A stretch of DNA of 64,000 nucleotides, the filler included, from Sphacelaria rigidula (Eukaryota): the NCBI GenBank assembly GCA_964200075.2. It is 9 parts of 9 records of this genome, joined end to end, with 100 filler letters (N's around TTAATTAATTAA, not from the genome) between each part and the next. Parts side by side here need not be neighbours in the genome. Positions count along the whole stretch, not along the records: positions 1 to 7,023 come from CAXNAA020016911.1; positions 7,124 to 14,146 come from CAXNAA020016912.1; 7 more parts are not named here. One strand, written 5' to 3'. The position numbers and the translations under genes were made by a program. Shown piece by piece: positions 1-12,146 of this stretch (its first letter is position 1; each line of letters begins with the position of its first letter). Below the pieces are notes generated by a model. The model did not search any database. It worked only from the letters and a program-made list of their open reading frames with translations, and was not told where the DNA came from.

Positions 1-190
1 CCTTTCGAGACGAAGCACCGTCCCGCCTCCTTATAGAGACCCCTCCAACATTCTGGCGCTCATTACGACGGCGGGGGGGGGGCGGCGTACTCCTTTGTTG
101 CTTGCCTTAGTCGTGCGATCATTGACCACACATCCCTCTCGAGACGGAGCACCGTTCCTACTCCTAATAGAGACACTTCCAACATTGAGG
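1..190 (+). repeat. Dispersed G-run-associated repeat, ~1.5 tandem units
   Basis: (G)n-CGTACTCCTTTGTTGCTTGCCTTAGTCG...CCCTTTCGAGACGGAGC motif also at ~4608-4745, ~31940-32030 and ~34915-35200. Confidence 0.8.
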
Positions 191-848
191 TGCTCAGGGG
201 TGCTCAAGGATGGGTGGGGGTAACGAAGATAGAGGGAAGGACAACAGTGAACTGAACCAAAACGAGATAAAGAACAACTGCAGTATGACAATGAAAAGTG
301 GTTTCTGTGTGACACCATCATCAAAGCTTTTTGCCGGGCACTGATTCAGCAAGTTCTATACGGGGTATAGCACACCCCCTACTGGAGAGTTGGGAAGGGG
401 AGGATGAGCGTCGGGTCAGGGTTAAAAGACATTTGGAATGTAGGAAACCACCACAACGTCACACCAAAGCTGGTAAATGGTGGTGCCAAACAGCCTGGCG
501 AAAAAAAAGAAGTCGAGTGTTTGACTCAGCACATGACACAACGGTGACGAGACGGGGCCAGAAAAATCCAAGTGACGTGTTTATTTCGATACGCTGCGGT
601 AGGAAATGACCGACGACTTTCCGCCCCGCGCCCCCCCTCCTCATGGAATAAGGGGTAGGTACGGGAGCGGTAAGAAAAAACAGGGTTCACACAACAGGCT
701 CGCGAGTAAGGAAGTGTATGAAGTCATGGAGAGCTTGTGCAGAGGTTATATTGTGTGTAAGTGTGTCTTACTGTGTAACATCATTCGCTTGAAATGTCCA
801 CGAAAAAAGATAACTGACTCTGATTTCTGCTTCACCACAGCAGTGCTA

Positions 849-1751
849 CAGTAGTCAGCGTCAGAGGTATGCAGAATCCGTAATTTCTTAGTTTCTCAAA
901 GCTTGTCCAAATTTGATTTGCTTGCCACCACTCATCACAGTAACTGTTGGAAGCCAAAAAATGGGAATCTGGAGATATTATATACCTCTTGACAAATATT
1001 GAAGAAGAAAAAATCTGCGATCAATAATGAGTGACTTACGGGTTTGACCGATCTTCGGAGGTCCTGCGAAAATACGACTCCAGGATCTAGCTTTTCGGTA
1101 TTTTTGGTGGACCGACTCAATCCGGGTCATGTAAATGAAGACTCGAAAAGGATTGTTTTTTATAAATTCCACCTAGTCACTGCGCTAGAGCAGGTAAACA
1201 ATGTTTCTTGGACCATTTACGGTCAGTAACACCCTCCTGATAAACGGGGTCTTCACCCCGTATCGCCCCCACGACAGCAACTTGGGCGATTGTGATTTGA
1301 GCACGGTTTGCTCATTTTGCCGAAACTATCGACGCTAGCACCTTCGAGTGCTCATGGAGAATGTTATGCGAAAAAAAACGAAAATAGGCCATCCGCAGAA
1401 AATGCTACTGAGGTCTGTGCAGTATAGGAGGGAAACGCGGTCTCGATCGTTTTTGTGAAGAATTTTATACGTATTCATTTATCTGAATATTTACTGTTTC
1501 GTCGCTGAAGAGCGGGAAAACTGCTTCAAATGAACCAAAAACGCTCAATAACACCCTCCTGATAAACGGGGTATCAAGTCCGTATCGCCCCAAAAACACC
1601 AACTTGAGCACTGCAGTTTGAGTGCGGCCTACGCTTTCTCCCTAAATCTACCGGCGCTAGCACTTTCAAGTAGTAGTGAAGAATAGTACTGCAGAAAAAC
1701 TCCAAAAATAGAACAACTACGAATTCTGTAAACTTCTGACGCTGACTACTA
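849..1751. mobile_element. Non-autonomous pogo/Tc1-mariner-like element (~900 bp)
   Basis: TA-flanked ~45-bp TIR beginning CAGTAGTCAGCGTCAGA (849) and its complement ending at 1751; interior similar to 10007-10745 and 43800-44754. Confidence 0.75.
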
Positions 1752-2216
1752 TAGTGCAGAAAAAAAGACCGCTCTGGCACGAGAAAAAGTGTCAAGATCA
1801 GCCGAAACACTACCTCCGTACTAGGGAATAAACGCCCGCCCTTCCCTACACAAAGAGGTTCATAGGACATGAGAGGAACCAGACTTCAAATCACAGTCTA
1901 GCCCGCTTGGGACACGGGTTAGCAAAGTCACCGCAGAATTTCTGCTGAAAAAAATGACGTGTGTAGAGATGTCAAAAAGCTGTCCATTGAACTACAGATC
2001 TCTCCATGTTCTCGTGTGAGATAAAATACAGACGGCGGCTCCCACCTCCAGACCTGCAACCAATGTATCAGCCACATGACAGACAGTTATAGCCCCCTCC
2101 CTTCGGCCGGGGGCGTAAATGAGTACGCCCCTCCCCCTCCCTTCGGCCTCCCCCATCCCGGCACGCCGCCGCCCCGCCCACGAGACCAGGCACATTCAGT
2201 TGCCTCGTCGACTCAC

Positions 2217-2401
2217 CAGCTGCAGTGGTGGTCGAACCCCTTGACCGTCTTCCTGCAGAAGGAGCAGTAGTGTGGCGTATCGGCGCTCTTTCTTCGTAGC
2301 TTGCATCCACCCTCCCCCGCCGGGTCTGTCAAACTCACGTAGCCCCAAAACCCGGCTAACAGGGCCTCTAGAGGCACGAACGGCGCTAGAATTATCGCAA
2401 C
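2217..2401 (-). CDS. DHHC palmitoyltransferase, internal exon
   Basis: Translates VAIILAPFVPLEALLAGFWGYVSLTDP...HYCSFCRKTVKGFDHHCSW; acceptor CTCTCAG, donor GTGAGT; TM-DP and CxxC...DHHC motifs. Confidence 0.9.
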
Positions 2402-2806
2402 CTGAGAGGTCAACACACCGTCATTGGAAGGTGTGGATAACAGTTCAGATAACCCGTACAACGGCCGAGAGCGAGAGCGGAGAGCAACGGGAGATCGAAC
2501 ACAGTGCGCACACGGAGAAGCGACGATGAGACGGCAGGGAGAAGACAAGAGGAATCACAGACACAGGAGCGGAAACAGATGGTGGCAGGGTATCCCAGCT
2601 TGGTCAAAATATGGTCAACAGTTGCAATAGACAAAAATGTACTGCGTGAAGGACAGACCTACTGCAACTATTGTCGGGATGCTGCACTGCTGCTGAAATG
2701 GGCTTCGGATAAGATACATGACGATCACGGGCACTTCAGACTGTCGGTATTCTCGGTGCTCTGGTGTACCCAGTACTTCGGAAGAGTCAAAATACACCAG
2801 GGACTC

Positions 2807-3170
2807 TAACCGGTCGCCCCGGTGGCTCAGTTGGTGACCTCTAAGGCTTCTGACAATTGGGTTGTGGGTTCGAATCTCGGTGCGATCACACGATCTGGGA
2901 TTTTTCCTCACGCTATGCCCAACAGAGGAGAGAGACTATGCCGTGGGTTCACAAAACTCAACTGCACGGTCGGCGAGGAAATGGGACAGCTGAACCGCCC
3001 TTGCAATTGAAATGAAATGAATGCAAGCACCGCAGAAGGAAGATGGAGTACTAGAACAAGAGAAAAAATAAAAAGCCGTGTGTCGGTCTTTGTCCTGTGT
3101 GGCCCCGGTTGATACGCCCACAAGTATCGAAAGGTGTAGACTGGCGTCCAGAAAAAATGGGATGACAAAA
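2807..3170 (+). mobile_element. tRNA-derived SINE, copy 1
   Basis: A-box TGGCTCAGTTGG and B-box GGTTCGAATC followed by a ~280-bp body colinear with 20417-20785; no acceptor-stem pairing. Confidence 0.75.
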
Positions 3171-3889
3171 CGCATCCACTCTAGAATACGCAGCTTTGTT
3201 TTCGACCAGGCGACATACACTAGGTGCCCTTGACTACCCAAAAACTTTCCGGTGTCGATCCTCCAGCGAAGGTGCTAGGAAACACTCGGTGCCTTAGACA
3301 GTCGATCCCATGCGTAACTCTCGAAAACCCGATATTTCAGAGAGTCAGTGCTACTGGGTGCTAGAGAGTGCCGAGTCCTGGAAAAACTCAAGGCCCATAG
3401 TACCTGGAATACCGTCCTCCATCCTGAACACGTGCGTCGTTGGAGAAATCTAAACAAATACGCACACACATTCCACCTCACACGACGAAACAGAGGTACA
3501 CCTACACAAAGAGGCAAAAAGCCCGGATCATGGCAGTTGGCTGCAATCACGTGTGTCTCATGACCAAAAACATTTCATAACACACACCGATCGACCGGCC
3601 CGTGCTCGTTTCGCCCACGACTTCAATCGCGGGAAACCCTTCTCATGATTTTGGGCCAACAGCCGGGAAGTTTGGGAGGAAAGTCATCGCCGCCTCAAAC
3701 TTGATATGATGCGTCCAATCACAGTGTCACATTTTCGTTACAACACTTTTATGGCGGACCGCGCGGTGCCGAAAATCGGTTATTTTTCTCAAATCCTCGA
3801 CGTAATTATTTATACCAGTCGATCGAAATATTTCAAGTGACATTGAAATTCCACAAAATCAACGTCTGAATACGATTAATGCCGCCCTG

Positions 3890-4043
3890 ACTCCACCCAC
3901 CCCCCCCCCCCCCCCCCCCCCACCCCCCCCCCCCCCCCCGCCCCCACCCCCTCCTCCTCTCACAACCCNNNNNNNNNNAACCACAAAAATAACTATTTTT
4001 AAAAAAAAATAACAACCCAAACACCCCCCAATATAAAATAATC

Positions 4044-4080
<37 letters not shown>
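3890..4080. repeat. Poly-C tracts around a 10-N gap (3969-3978)
   Basis: Homopolymer runs seen directly; probably low-quality sequence. Confidence 0.85.
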
Positions 4081-4082
<2 letters not shown>

Positions 4083-4139
4083 CCCCCCGTCCTCCTCTCT
4101 CCTTGCCAGTGAAGATCCCAAAATTTCCGCCGCACTCAC

Positions 4140-4181
4140 CGTGGTTGGCGCCAGAGTTAGCGCACAAAGCGCCACAAATGC
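4140..4181 (-). CDS. Probable 42-nt upstream exon of the DHHC gene (AFVALCALTLAPTT)
   Basis: ATACAG acceptor and GTGAGT donor; phase 0 joins in frame to exon 2217-2401; hydrophobic. Confidence 0.6.
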
Positions 4182-5188
4182 CTGTATGTGTTCGAAGATG
4201 CAAAATGGTGACACGTCCAAAACCGCCAAGTGTTGCGGTAGAGAGGAAGATTGAAGCGCGAATCAGGGACCAGCATGGCAAGGAGGCAAAAAAAGAAAAC
4301 GCAAAACCGACGACCGGGGGTTGAGGGTGAAGGCGTGAGCATGTGCAATGAAAGTACGAGGTTAGACTTTCGGTTTCCCCGGGTGGGTGAACTCATGATC
4401 TTGCACGCCCTAGTTGTGAGAATGTTGACCTCTCATCCCTACAAAGCCGGGACGGAGCACGCCGGGTTTTCGTCGGACCAGATTTGCATTCACCAAGCGC
4501 CAAGCGCCGTGATGTGTTCGCCGAAGTCTTACAAGGGGTGACCTTCATCCTGCTAAGATTGCTAGGCACGAAGCGTTTTATTTACCTTGCATATGGATGA
4601 CCCCGGTAGGGGGGGGAAGGGGGAGGGGCGTACTTATTTGTTGCTTGTCTTAGTCATTTGACCATTGACCACGCATCCCTTTCGAGACGGAGCACCGTTC
4701 CTACTCCTCATAGAGATACCTCTAACATTCCGGCGCTCATTACGCTTCTTCCATACATTTTTACACAAAAACCCTTCAAAGATATTATCCCCGTCCTGTT
4801 TCGCCGTCTGTGGCCACCATCTGTCTCCTAGTAAAGCCATCATTTTCTCCCTACTGTCTGATGCATCAAACTATTCATGCGACCACGGATCGACCACGGT
4901 TGGACCCATGGGTGGTCAGTTAAAGTGCAACATCAATTAGGACCCCCGGAAGCCGGTAGAGAACGGAGAAACTTTGAAATCTTGCCAAGAAAGCAATTTT
5001 TTTCTTTTTGGGGCATCAATACCCAAGAAACTGCCAAGTTTGAGGGTGATCTGAGCTTTTCTGCAGCAGATATGAGGGAAACCGTCACGAGGCTTGCTGG
5101 GCCTTTTGTGCGTATCATAAGTGGAAAGTAGAAGACGCAAAACTTCTCGTCACCGAAACATCACGTTTTCGAATCTGTTTCTCCCGTT

Positions 5189-5575
5189 AGGCCGCTCCTT
5201 TCAACAGACAAAAACAAAAATCTGGAAAAGTACCTTTCTGGAGCTTTTACGCCGTTTTACGCCCCAAAAGAGAGCTAGGCGGAATTTGACACCTTGGAAT
5301 GACTTCCTCTACTAGTTGAGGCGGTTCCAGGACATCTTCCCGTTTTCCGGTGGCCGCAGTCCTCATTTTGGCCAAACAAGAATTTCTGTCCAAGAACGGT
5401 AAAAAAGAGTCAAGTCCAGAGGAAAGTGGCGATTTTTTCGAGATTTGACTGTTTTTTACCGTTCTTGGACACTACTTGTTTGGCCAAAATGAGGACTGCG
5501 GCTACCAGAAAACGGGAAAATATCCTGAAACCGCCTGAACTAGTAGAGCTAGTCACTCCAAGGTGTCAAACATTC
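5189..5575. mobile_element. Fold-back Tourist/PIF-like MITE, right end truncated
   Basis: Starts TTA-GGCCGCTCC; palindromic about ~5420; same family as 11015-11489. Confidence 0.75.
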
Positions 5576-5817
5576 GATCGAAATGAGGCTTGGAATCCGT
5601 ATGCTCAATCTCAGAACAATTTGAAGGACGCTGATTGGTCAAGACACATTTCGTTCATAGAGCCACCATTAAAGACTTGAGGGAAAATGTGGCTATGTAA
5701 CCCTCCTAGTCCGTTCATCGCGGTCAGTATGGTACCATGAATGCGACTATTGGGTGCGTATTGCGGAAGGCATTTACTGATGACGGAATTTTGGGTTTTA
5801 TGCGTGAACCAGCCGGT
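5576..5817. mobile_element. Terminal fragment of a Tc1/mariner-like non-autonomous repeat
   Basis: Colinear with ~28840-29085; both end GCGTGAACCAGCC(T/G)G-TA. Confidence 0.55.
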
Positions 5818-6160
5818 ATTTTCCACATCCTGGACGAAAAAAATCGTTGTCAGAAATTGCACTGCGAGCAGTACGGAATTTGTGATGTCTATTGCAATAG
5901 ACGCAATAGTCTATACTGTACGCAGTACACTTTTGACCATGTTGTCTATCGTCTGTGGGATGCAGTAAATTCGGCAGTCGACGCCTCTGGTACCAAGTGT
6001 GTGCAGAAAACTGGAGTACGGTACTCCATGCTAAGCAGCTTTGAACCAATTGACCACCAGGGTGACCCATACACTCGTATAAATCATTGAATCATCTCTG
6101 TACGTCTCGAAAAACGTGTCCCGAGACCTGTAGATATGTCCTCGGACAGTGTTGCGCCAA

Positions 6161-6190
6161 AACACACACACACACACACTCACACACACA
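6161..6190. repeat. (CA)n microsatellite
   Basis: Seen directly. Confidence 0.9.
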
Positions 6191-7023
6191 TTTTTCGGAA
6201 CAGAATCTGACCGCTTCTCCCTTTAGTGCGCACTCCTGCAGCGCACAGTACCAGATATGGCGACGTGGAACTGTTGACTGTGGTTCACACAACATATGAG
6301 CAAAGTTTCAGCGCCTCGTAGCGGCTACAGCGCGCATAGGGCCGTGAGTCATGAACTGCGCAGATTTGCGGACTGTATGCCAATCGGTACACTACAGATG
6401 GTCATGATCCAGAGAGGGTTGAAGTACAGACCGGTGTCAGTTTTTCACCACACTGGCCCGCCCAGCCGCGCTAAATGTCCAAGTTCGTGCATCTGCGCGT
6501 GCACATATGCATCCGCCTGTAGTGCGCAAAGACTGGGCTGCTGAGTGGCCGATTTGAGAGCGCATGGACGACATTCCCCAAAATCGCTTGGGGCCATGTT
6601 GTACGGAAGTCTCCGGCCCAATTGGGCGGATGCTTTGAGCACATGCTGCCTGTGTTGTGCCCAATTAGTGTGCAAAGTTTAATGAGAACACGCAGTCACA
6701 GGCGATAAATCCACAACCCAAGTTGCACTGAAAAATGGTGGTTTACCGTGGGAAAGTACTCAAATAAGGATGAGATGCGGTTTCGCCCTAATTACGCCGC
6801 ATATCAGACGCGGTTGCGTAGTATTATGGTACGGGTACTGTCTGTAGACCGTACACTACGTCAGCGTAAAATACTGCACTTCATCTTCTCTCTTCCTTCC
6901 TTTCGGTGTACACTTCTGACGGATCTGGCGTTTGTTGTTTGTTTGTTTGTTTTGTCTTTCTTTCTTTTCTCTCTCCGTTGAACTCGGGGGAGATACTTCT
7001 ATCAGGTTTTTGTGGCGTAGCTA

Positions 7024-7123
7024 NNNNNNNNNNNNNNNNNNNNNNNNNNNNNNNNNNNNNNNNNNNNTTAATTAATTAANNNNNNNNNNNNNNNNNNNNN
7101 NNNNNNNNNNNNNNNNNNNNNNN
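7024..7123. other. Artificial contig linker N44-TTAATTAATTAA-N44
   Basis: 100-bp spacer with stops in all six frames; an identical copy recurs every ~7122 bp. Confidence 0.98.
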
Positions 7124-8524
7124 TGTCCCCTCCCCCCCCCCCCCCCCCTAAGCCCGGAAGAATTCTCACAGGTCTAAGAAAAGGAACACATGAAAAGTCC
7201 CCCCCCCCCCCCCCCTAACACGCGTAGGGGTCATGCGCGGTGAGCACTTTTTTGTCATACGGGTGGTGATGCCGCTGAACACCCAGGAGGCATCGTTGAA
7301 CAGTACTCACCCCACCCTACTGCTTCATAAGCCTTGTTTCCCCCCGCCCCTCCTCCTCGGGGATGATCCGTGCGGACCTTCTCCCCAAACCAATCTCATC
7401 GACAGGGGGTGTCATCCGACGTGTGCACCATTCGAGGCCGGACAACGAAGAATCTGAACATGTGACCGGTACCAATAGAAAAATTACAACCTACCCCAAC
7501 CATCGTACTTCCCGTTCTTCTTAGCGGGCCTACCGTCGTCAGAGCCTCTTTTGAATACAAATGGGGGTGCCCCTGAATACGCGAGTGGTCACTAGAAACC
7601 AGAATGCTTGCATCCTACTTGCTCATTCGAGACCACCCTCCACCCTTTCCCCGACGACGAGATGAGCCTCTCTTCTCCCCGAACACCCTTACCCGGGAGG
7701 GGTGTTCTTTGACGCATTGTCTGTTTGCAGGCGGACTACGTGATGTCTTGGAACGCATTCCGGGTATCTTCAGAACACCGACACCCTTAGGTTGTACCCA
7801 TAGGATAACCACCACCGTTCATTTGCGCAGGACAAAATGGTGGATACCACCTACCGGGACTCTACTTCCCTATTCCCGGAGGAACCACGGGCCTGAGCTC
7901 CACATGAGAAATCATCCATGCAATGAAGATGTTTTCCATGTAGTCGTCAAGCAAAATACAAAAGCTAAGCGAGCCAGACTTCACCACTTCCGGCATCTGT
8001 TGCATTCGAAATTTCAGAAGATTCGACGAATAATGCTGCATCACGTGTCAGGCTGCACACTTAGCGAACACACGACGCAACGATGATGAAAACAAACTAT
8101 TTGATGATGCAGTTTGGATATCCTCACGGATTCCTCCACGACAACACAACTTGATCTCATTCCGGTGAAGCCCAGGTATACCATCGGTCAAGTGGCGACG
8201 TGAGCACACTAGAATCAAGCGCTTTCCTACACACAAGCAGCACGGCGTACAATGGACGCCGTGCAATGGTGATTGTCTCTGATTATCTGACGCCATTTTG
8301 TTTTAGTCCGCCATCCAACAAACAACGTGGACTACGCAACATAGCTCTCGCCATGAAGTAGCCATCCAACACACGAAAATCGCAGAGAAAATTCGGTATC
8401 CATCAAGGGGAAAATGTAAAAGCACGGTAGAGTGGACTTTACTGCGGCAAACCTATAATAGCGATACAAGATGAGGACTGACGACACCACCGGTGAACTC
8501 AAGTCAACGGGCAAAAGTCAGCGT

Positions 8525-8634
8525 TCAACTGCGCTTCTTGAGTGACGTCGGATGCGGCGCGTGTACCCCAAATGGTGTGGCGTCTGCCGCCATGACAAGC
8601 ACCAACACAAGCGGGATGATCACCCACGGCATGT
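8525..8634 (-). CDS. TMEM97: TMEM97/sigma-2 receptor-like (EXPERA) protein, last exon
   Basis: Acceptor ATCGTCAG; phase-1 join gives YMPWVIIPLVLVLVM...SLKKRS*, matching the last TM helix of the family, with a KKxx ER-retrieval end. Confidence 0.88.
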
Positions 8635-9408
8635 CTGACGATAGGGAAACGAGAACATGACGGCAGGCAGGTCACACGGGAACGCAGGAGAGAGCGGTCG
8701 ATAAGCACAGTCAACGAATGCACGCGACTGAAGCGTTCCCTCTGGTTACAACGACGCTACCTCGAGAAGAAAGAAGACGGCGTACTGTCGCACTTATTGT
8801 GCAACTGTCGCCACGTGCGTCTCATAACCGGTGAGACTTCGTACACTGGCAGCGAGGGTACCAGCCCCCGGGGTATCAAAATACTGACTGGACAAAAAAA
8901 GAATGAATTTAATCTCGCATGCAAGTCGGCGCAACATCATCGTCGAGGACCACATCATCAACGGCGCCATGCCGCGACTTCACCTCTTTGCGAGGAACAG
9001 AATCGACATGACGTGCTCATTTGTTTGTATTCCAACGTACATTTCCTCTAGCACCCTACCCCCTGTCGCGAACAGGAATCAACGGTGTCAGCGAAAATGC
9101 CACTTTGACGTAAAGGTTGCCATCCTCCGTCAACATGGGCTGAAAATATTGCGACCGCATGGAAGGACAAATTATCGGTCCGTTGGGAATGACCGTGTCT
9201 AGCTTGCAGAGCTACGAAAAAACGGCTCAAGCAGCTACTCGTGCCTCGACAGCAATGCTCTGTGGCGTGCCCATCACACAATCGGTGTTGGACTGACGAG
9301 CTTCTTATTGCCGTGATCCAAACCAAAAATGATTAAACTGAACAACCGACAACTATGAGAACACTTTCAACGATTGTGCATATACGTCATTATTCTCTTG
9401 GTGCTCAC

Positions 9409-9670
9409 ATATGCCGACGAGTTTGCAGCGCTGGGAGTCCGTGACTTTGTCCGAGGCCATAATATCCCCAATGATGGGCACGACAGACGTAGCTGCGCTA
9501 GAGCCGTAGATGATACACGGGATTCTCACTGTGTTCCACCTTTTGATGAACCCAACTGTTGCAAACGCGAAAAATGGAACTTGGAAAAACAACTCCAGCC
9601 ACAAAAGCGCCGCAAACCATGGGCGCGTGGGCGGGGTCATGAAGTAGTCGTGATTTGTCTCCACGTGAAA
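9409..9670 (-). CDS. TMEM97: TMEM97/EXPERA protein, exon 2
   Basis: FHVETNHDYFM...PWFAALLWLELFFQVPFF...VRIPCIIYG; acceptor TTGTCGTAG, donor GTGAGC. Confidence 0.92.
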
Positions 9671-10006
9671 CTACGACAAAATATGCACGATGTTTTTGGC
9701 AGGGGCGGCGGGAAGGAGAAGGGGACGTAAGGGAGGGGGGAGTTAGCAGAAAAAATATTTCATTCAAGGGGTTTTTATTAACAATCATGTGGGGCATCGT
9801 AATGCACACCAGGTTTCGGAGTTGGGTGCGCCATTCGCGTGGGAAAGGGAAAAAGCTACCAGTACTCAATAGGCTGAGGACATGTTGGAGCTCAGGGGGC
9901 CTGCAGTTGAGACACATTGTCAAGAAACTTAGGCTCGTTTCCCGGCGGAAAATAAGAAGTATTGAGGAAACAACAAAGGTCAACCCGGGCAACAACACAT
10001 GAAATA

Positions 10007-10745
10007 CAGTAGTTTACATCTGAATTAGGAGGTTTTCGTAGTTTGCTTGTAGTCGAGGATACTCGAAAGTGTTTTCTCGTGCCATTTCTCATCCCAGTAA
10101 ATGTTTGATCCCAAACTTGAGAGATCGGGGGATACTAGGCATCCTCTCCATATTCCAGAAAAAAATCACATCTGCGCTCATTATTGGACGACGTAGGGGC
10201 TAACCGGTATAGGGGGTCCTGAGACTACCCCACCGCGGGTTCTGACGCGCGAGTATTTTCGCTCGATTGAAGTAATCCCAGTCGTTTTCGTGAACAAATG
10301 AAAACGGCTGCTTTTTTCATGTCCACTTATTTATTTATTGCGCTAGAGCCGAAGAACTGAGTGTTGTTTTTTTATGACGGTCGATAACACCTCCTGATGA
10401 ACAAGGTACTTACTCCGTACCACCCCGAAAAACCCAATTGAGGATTGTGTTCTGAGCACGAAATGCTTCTCTTCCCAATATCTATCGACGCTAGGCCTTT
10501 CAAGCGCCTAGGACGAATACTACACGAGAAAATTTAGACAAGTACCCTTTAAACGAAAATTGTCCAACCGAACTCTGCATAGCACAAACAGGGATGAACC
10601 AGTTCCGATCTGTCTTATGAATGATTTTACGGGCCCCTATCTTTTATTTTCACTTATTCACCGCACTAAAGCCGAAAAGAAATATGTTTTCCGCCAAAAA
10701 CGATCATGAACACGCCCTGTCAATTCAGCTCGGAAGTCGATCAAC
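10007..10745. mobile_element. pogo-like non-autonomous element, truncated, in TMEM97 intron 1
   Basis: Begins TA-CAGTAGTTTACATCTGAA; colinear with 43800-44570. Confidence 0.7.
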
Positions 10746-11014
10746 GTAAGGATGAAGCCGAATACGGACCAGTAACGATCAAGGTAAGGATGAAGTTGCC
10801 GTTAAGATCGTGCAGCAGGGATGAGGGCGCAGTCATTTAGGCGTGGTTGTTGCAAGATGCAGCCAGGGTGAGGAGGTTGGGGGGGGGGGGTTCTGACCAC
10901 CAACGCAGAGCTTTCGGCACGAAAAGGGGCGGGCTGTTCCGTGGTGATAGCTATGGGTACCTTGAGGGATATTTCCTGCGGGCGGATTGCTATGCTGCGT
11001 TTTGTGTCGCATTA

Positions 11015-11489
11015 GGCCGTTCCAGACAAGAATATGAATCTGGAAAATGCCTTTTTGGAGCTTTTACGTCGTTTTACGCCCCGAAAGAGAGCTAGGCGGA
11101 GTTTGACACCTTGGAATGAGTTGCTCTACTAGTTGAGGCGGTTCCAGGACATCTTCCCGTTCTCCGGTGGCCGCAGTTTTCATTTTGGCCAAACAAGAAT
11201 TTTTGTCGAAGAACGATAAAAATAGTCAAATCTAGAAAAAATCACCACTTTTCCGTGGACTTGACTGTTTTTTACCGTTCTTGGACAAAACCTCTTGCTT
11301 GGCCAAAATGAAAACTACGGCCACCGGGAAACGGGAAGATGTCCTGGAACCGCCTCAACTAGTGGAGCAAGTCATTCCAAGGTGTCAAACTCCACCTAGC
11401 TCTCTTTCGGGGCGTAAAACGACGTAAAAGCTCCGAAAAGGCACTTTTTCCAGATTTTTATTCTTGTCTGATTGATATAAGGAGCCGCC
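11015..11489. mobile_element. Complete fold-back Tourist/PIF-like MITE
   Basis: Near-perfect ~470-bp palindrome, GGC-starting termini, TTA on both flanks. Confidence 0.85.
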
Positions 11490-12014
11490 TTAGTCATGGA
11501 ATTAGCGTGCAGTGATTTTCTCGGGTCGCCGATACGGCCTGGAAAGAAAGAGGAAGGGGAAGAGAGAAGAAAAAAAGAACGGAAGGAATAATGATAACAG
11601 CACACGAGGAAGTTACAAATGCAGAACAAAGAAGCGCGCCCTGGATATTTTACTTGCCTGCATCCCATCTGACATGGACTTCAAATGTTTCCCGAGAGCT
11701 GTCACCAGCATATACAGAGCGTATGGTTTGACTACCTGGTCAACTTCGCAATGCACTTATTGTCAATGCGCTGCAAGAGGGTTTGAATGCACACCCCGCC
11801 GTCGCAGGCCATCGTTCGGCAGTCGACCGTCAGAGTGAAGCACATGCACCCCAAGGGACGATCAAGCATCTATTCCGAGACAAGCCAAGCGCACCATCAT
11901 CACCGCAAGGTGCCGTAGCAGCACTCGTCTTTTGCTCTCAGCCGAGGGTTGCGTACAAAATTGGCACTACCTGTACTGGCACGACAAAAATCACGAGTGC
12001 CAATGTCACCTCAC

Positions 12015-12146
12015 CTTCATGATTCCTTTCAAAACCTCCGGAAAGTTATCGCCAAAGGGAAGAGACTGCATGTCCAGTAGAAGCGTAATAAGTAGGTGGG
12101 AAGCAAAAAAGGCTGTGAAGCCCCATCTTGCGTAGGGCGGCAGCAT
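12015..12146 (-). CDS. TMEM97: TMEM97/EXPERA protein, first coding exon
   Basis: MLPPYARWGFTAFFASHLLITLLLDMQSL...GIMK then donor GTGAGG; the three exons total 504 nt = 167 aa + stop. Confidence 0.9.

Noticed and set aside
2816-2890. Functional tRNA gene
   Set aside because: Acceptor and anticodon stems do not pair, and similarity to the second copy extends ~280 bp beyond the tRNA-like head
7068-7079. TTAATTAATTAA as a biological motif
   Set aside because: Always centred in N blocks; six-frame stop linker
7530-7625. Copia RNase H-like peptide IQMGVPLNTRVVTRNQNACILLA
   Set aside because: Single weak motif echo with no supporting flanking motifs
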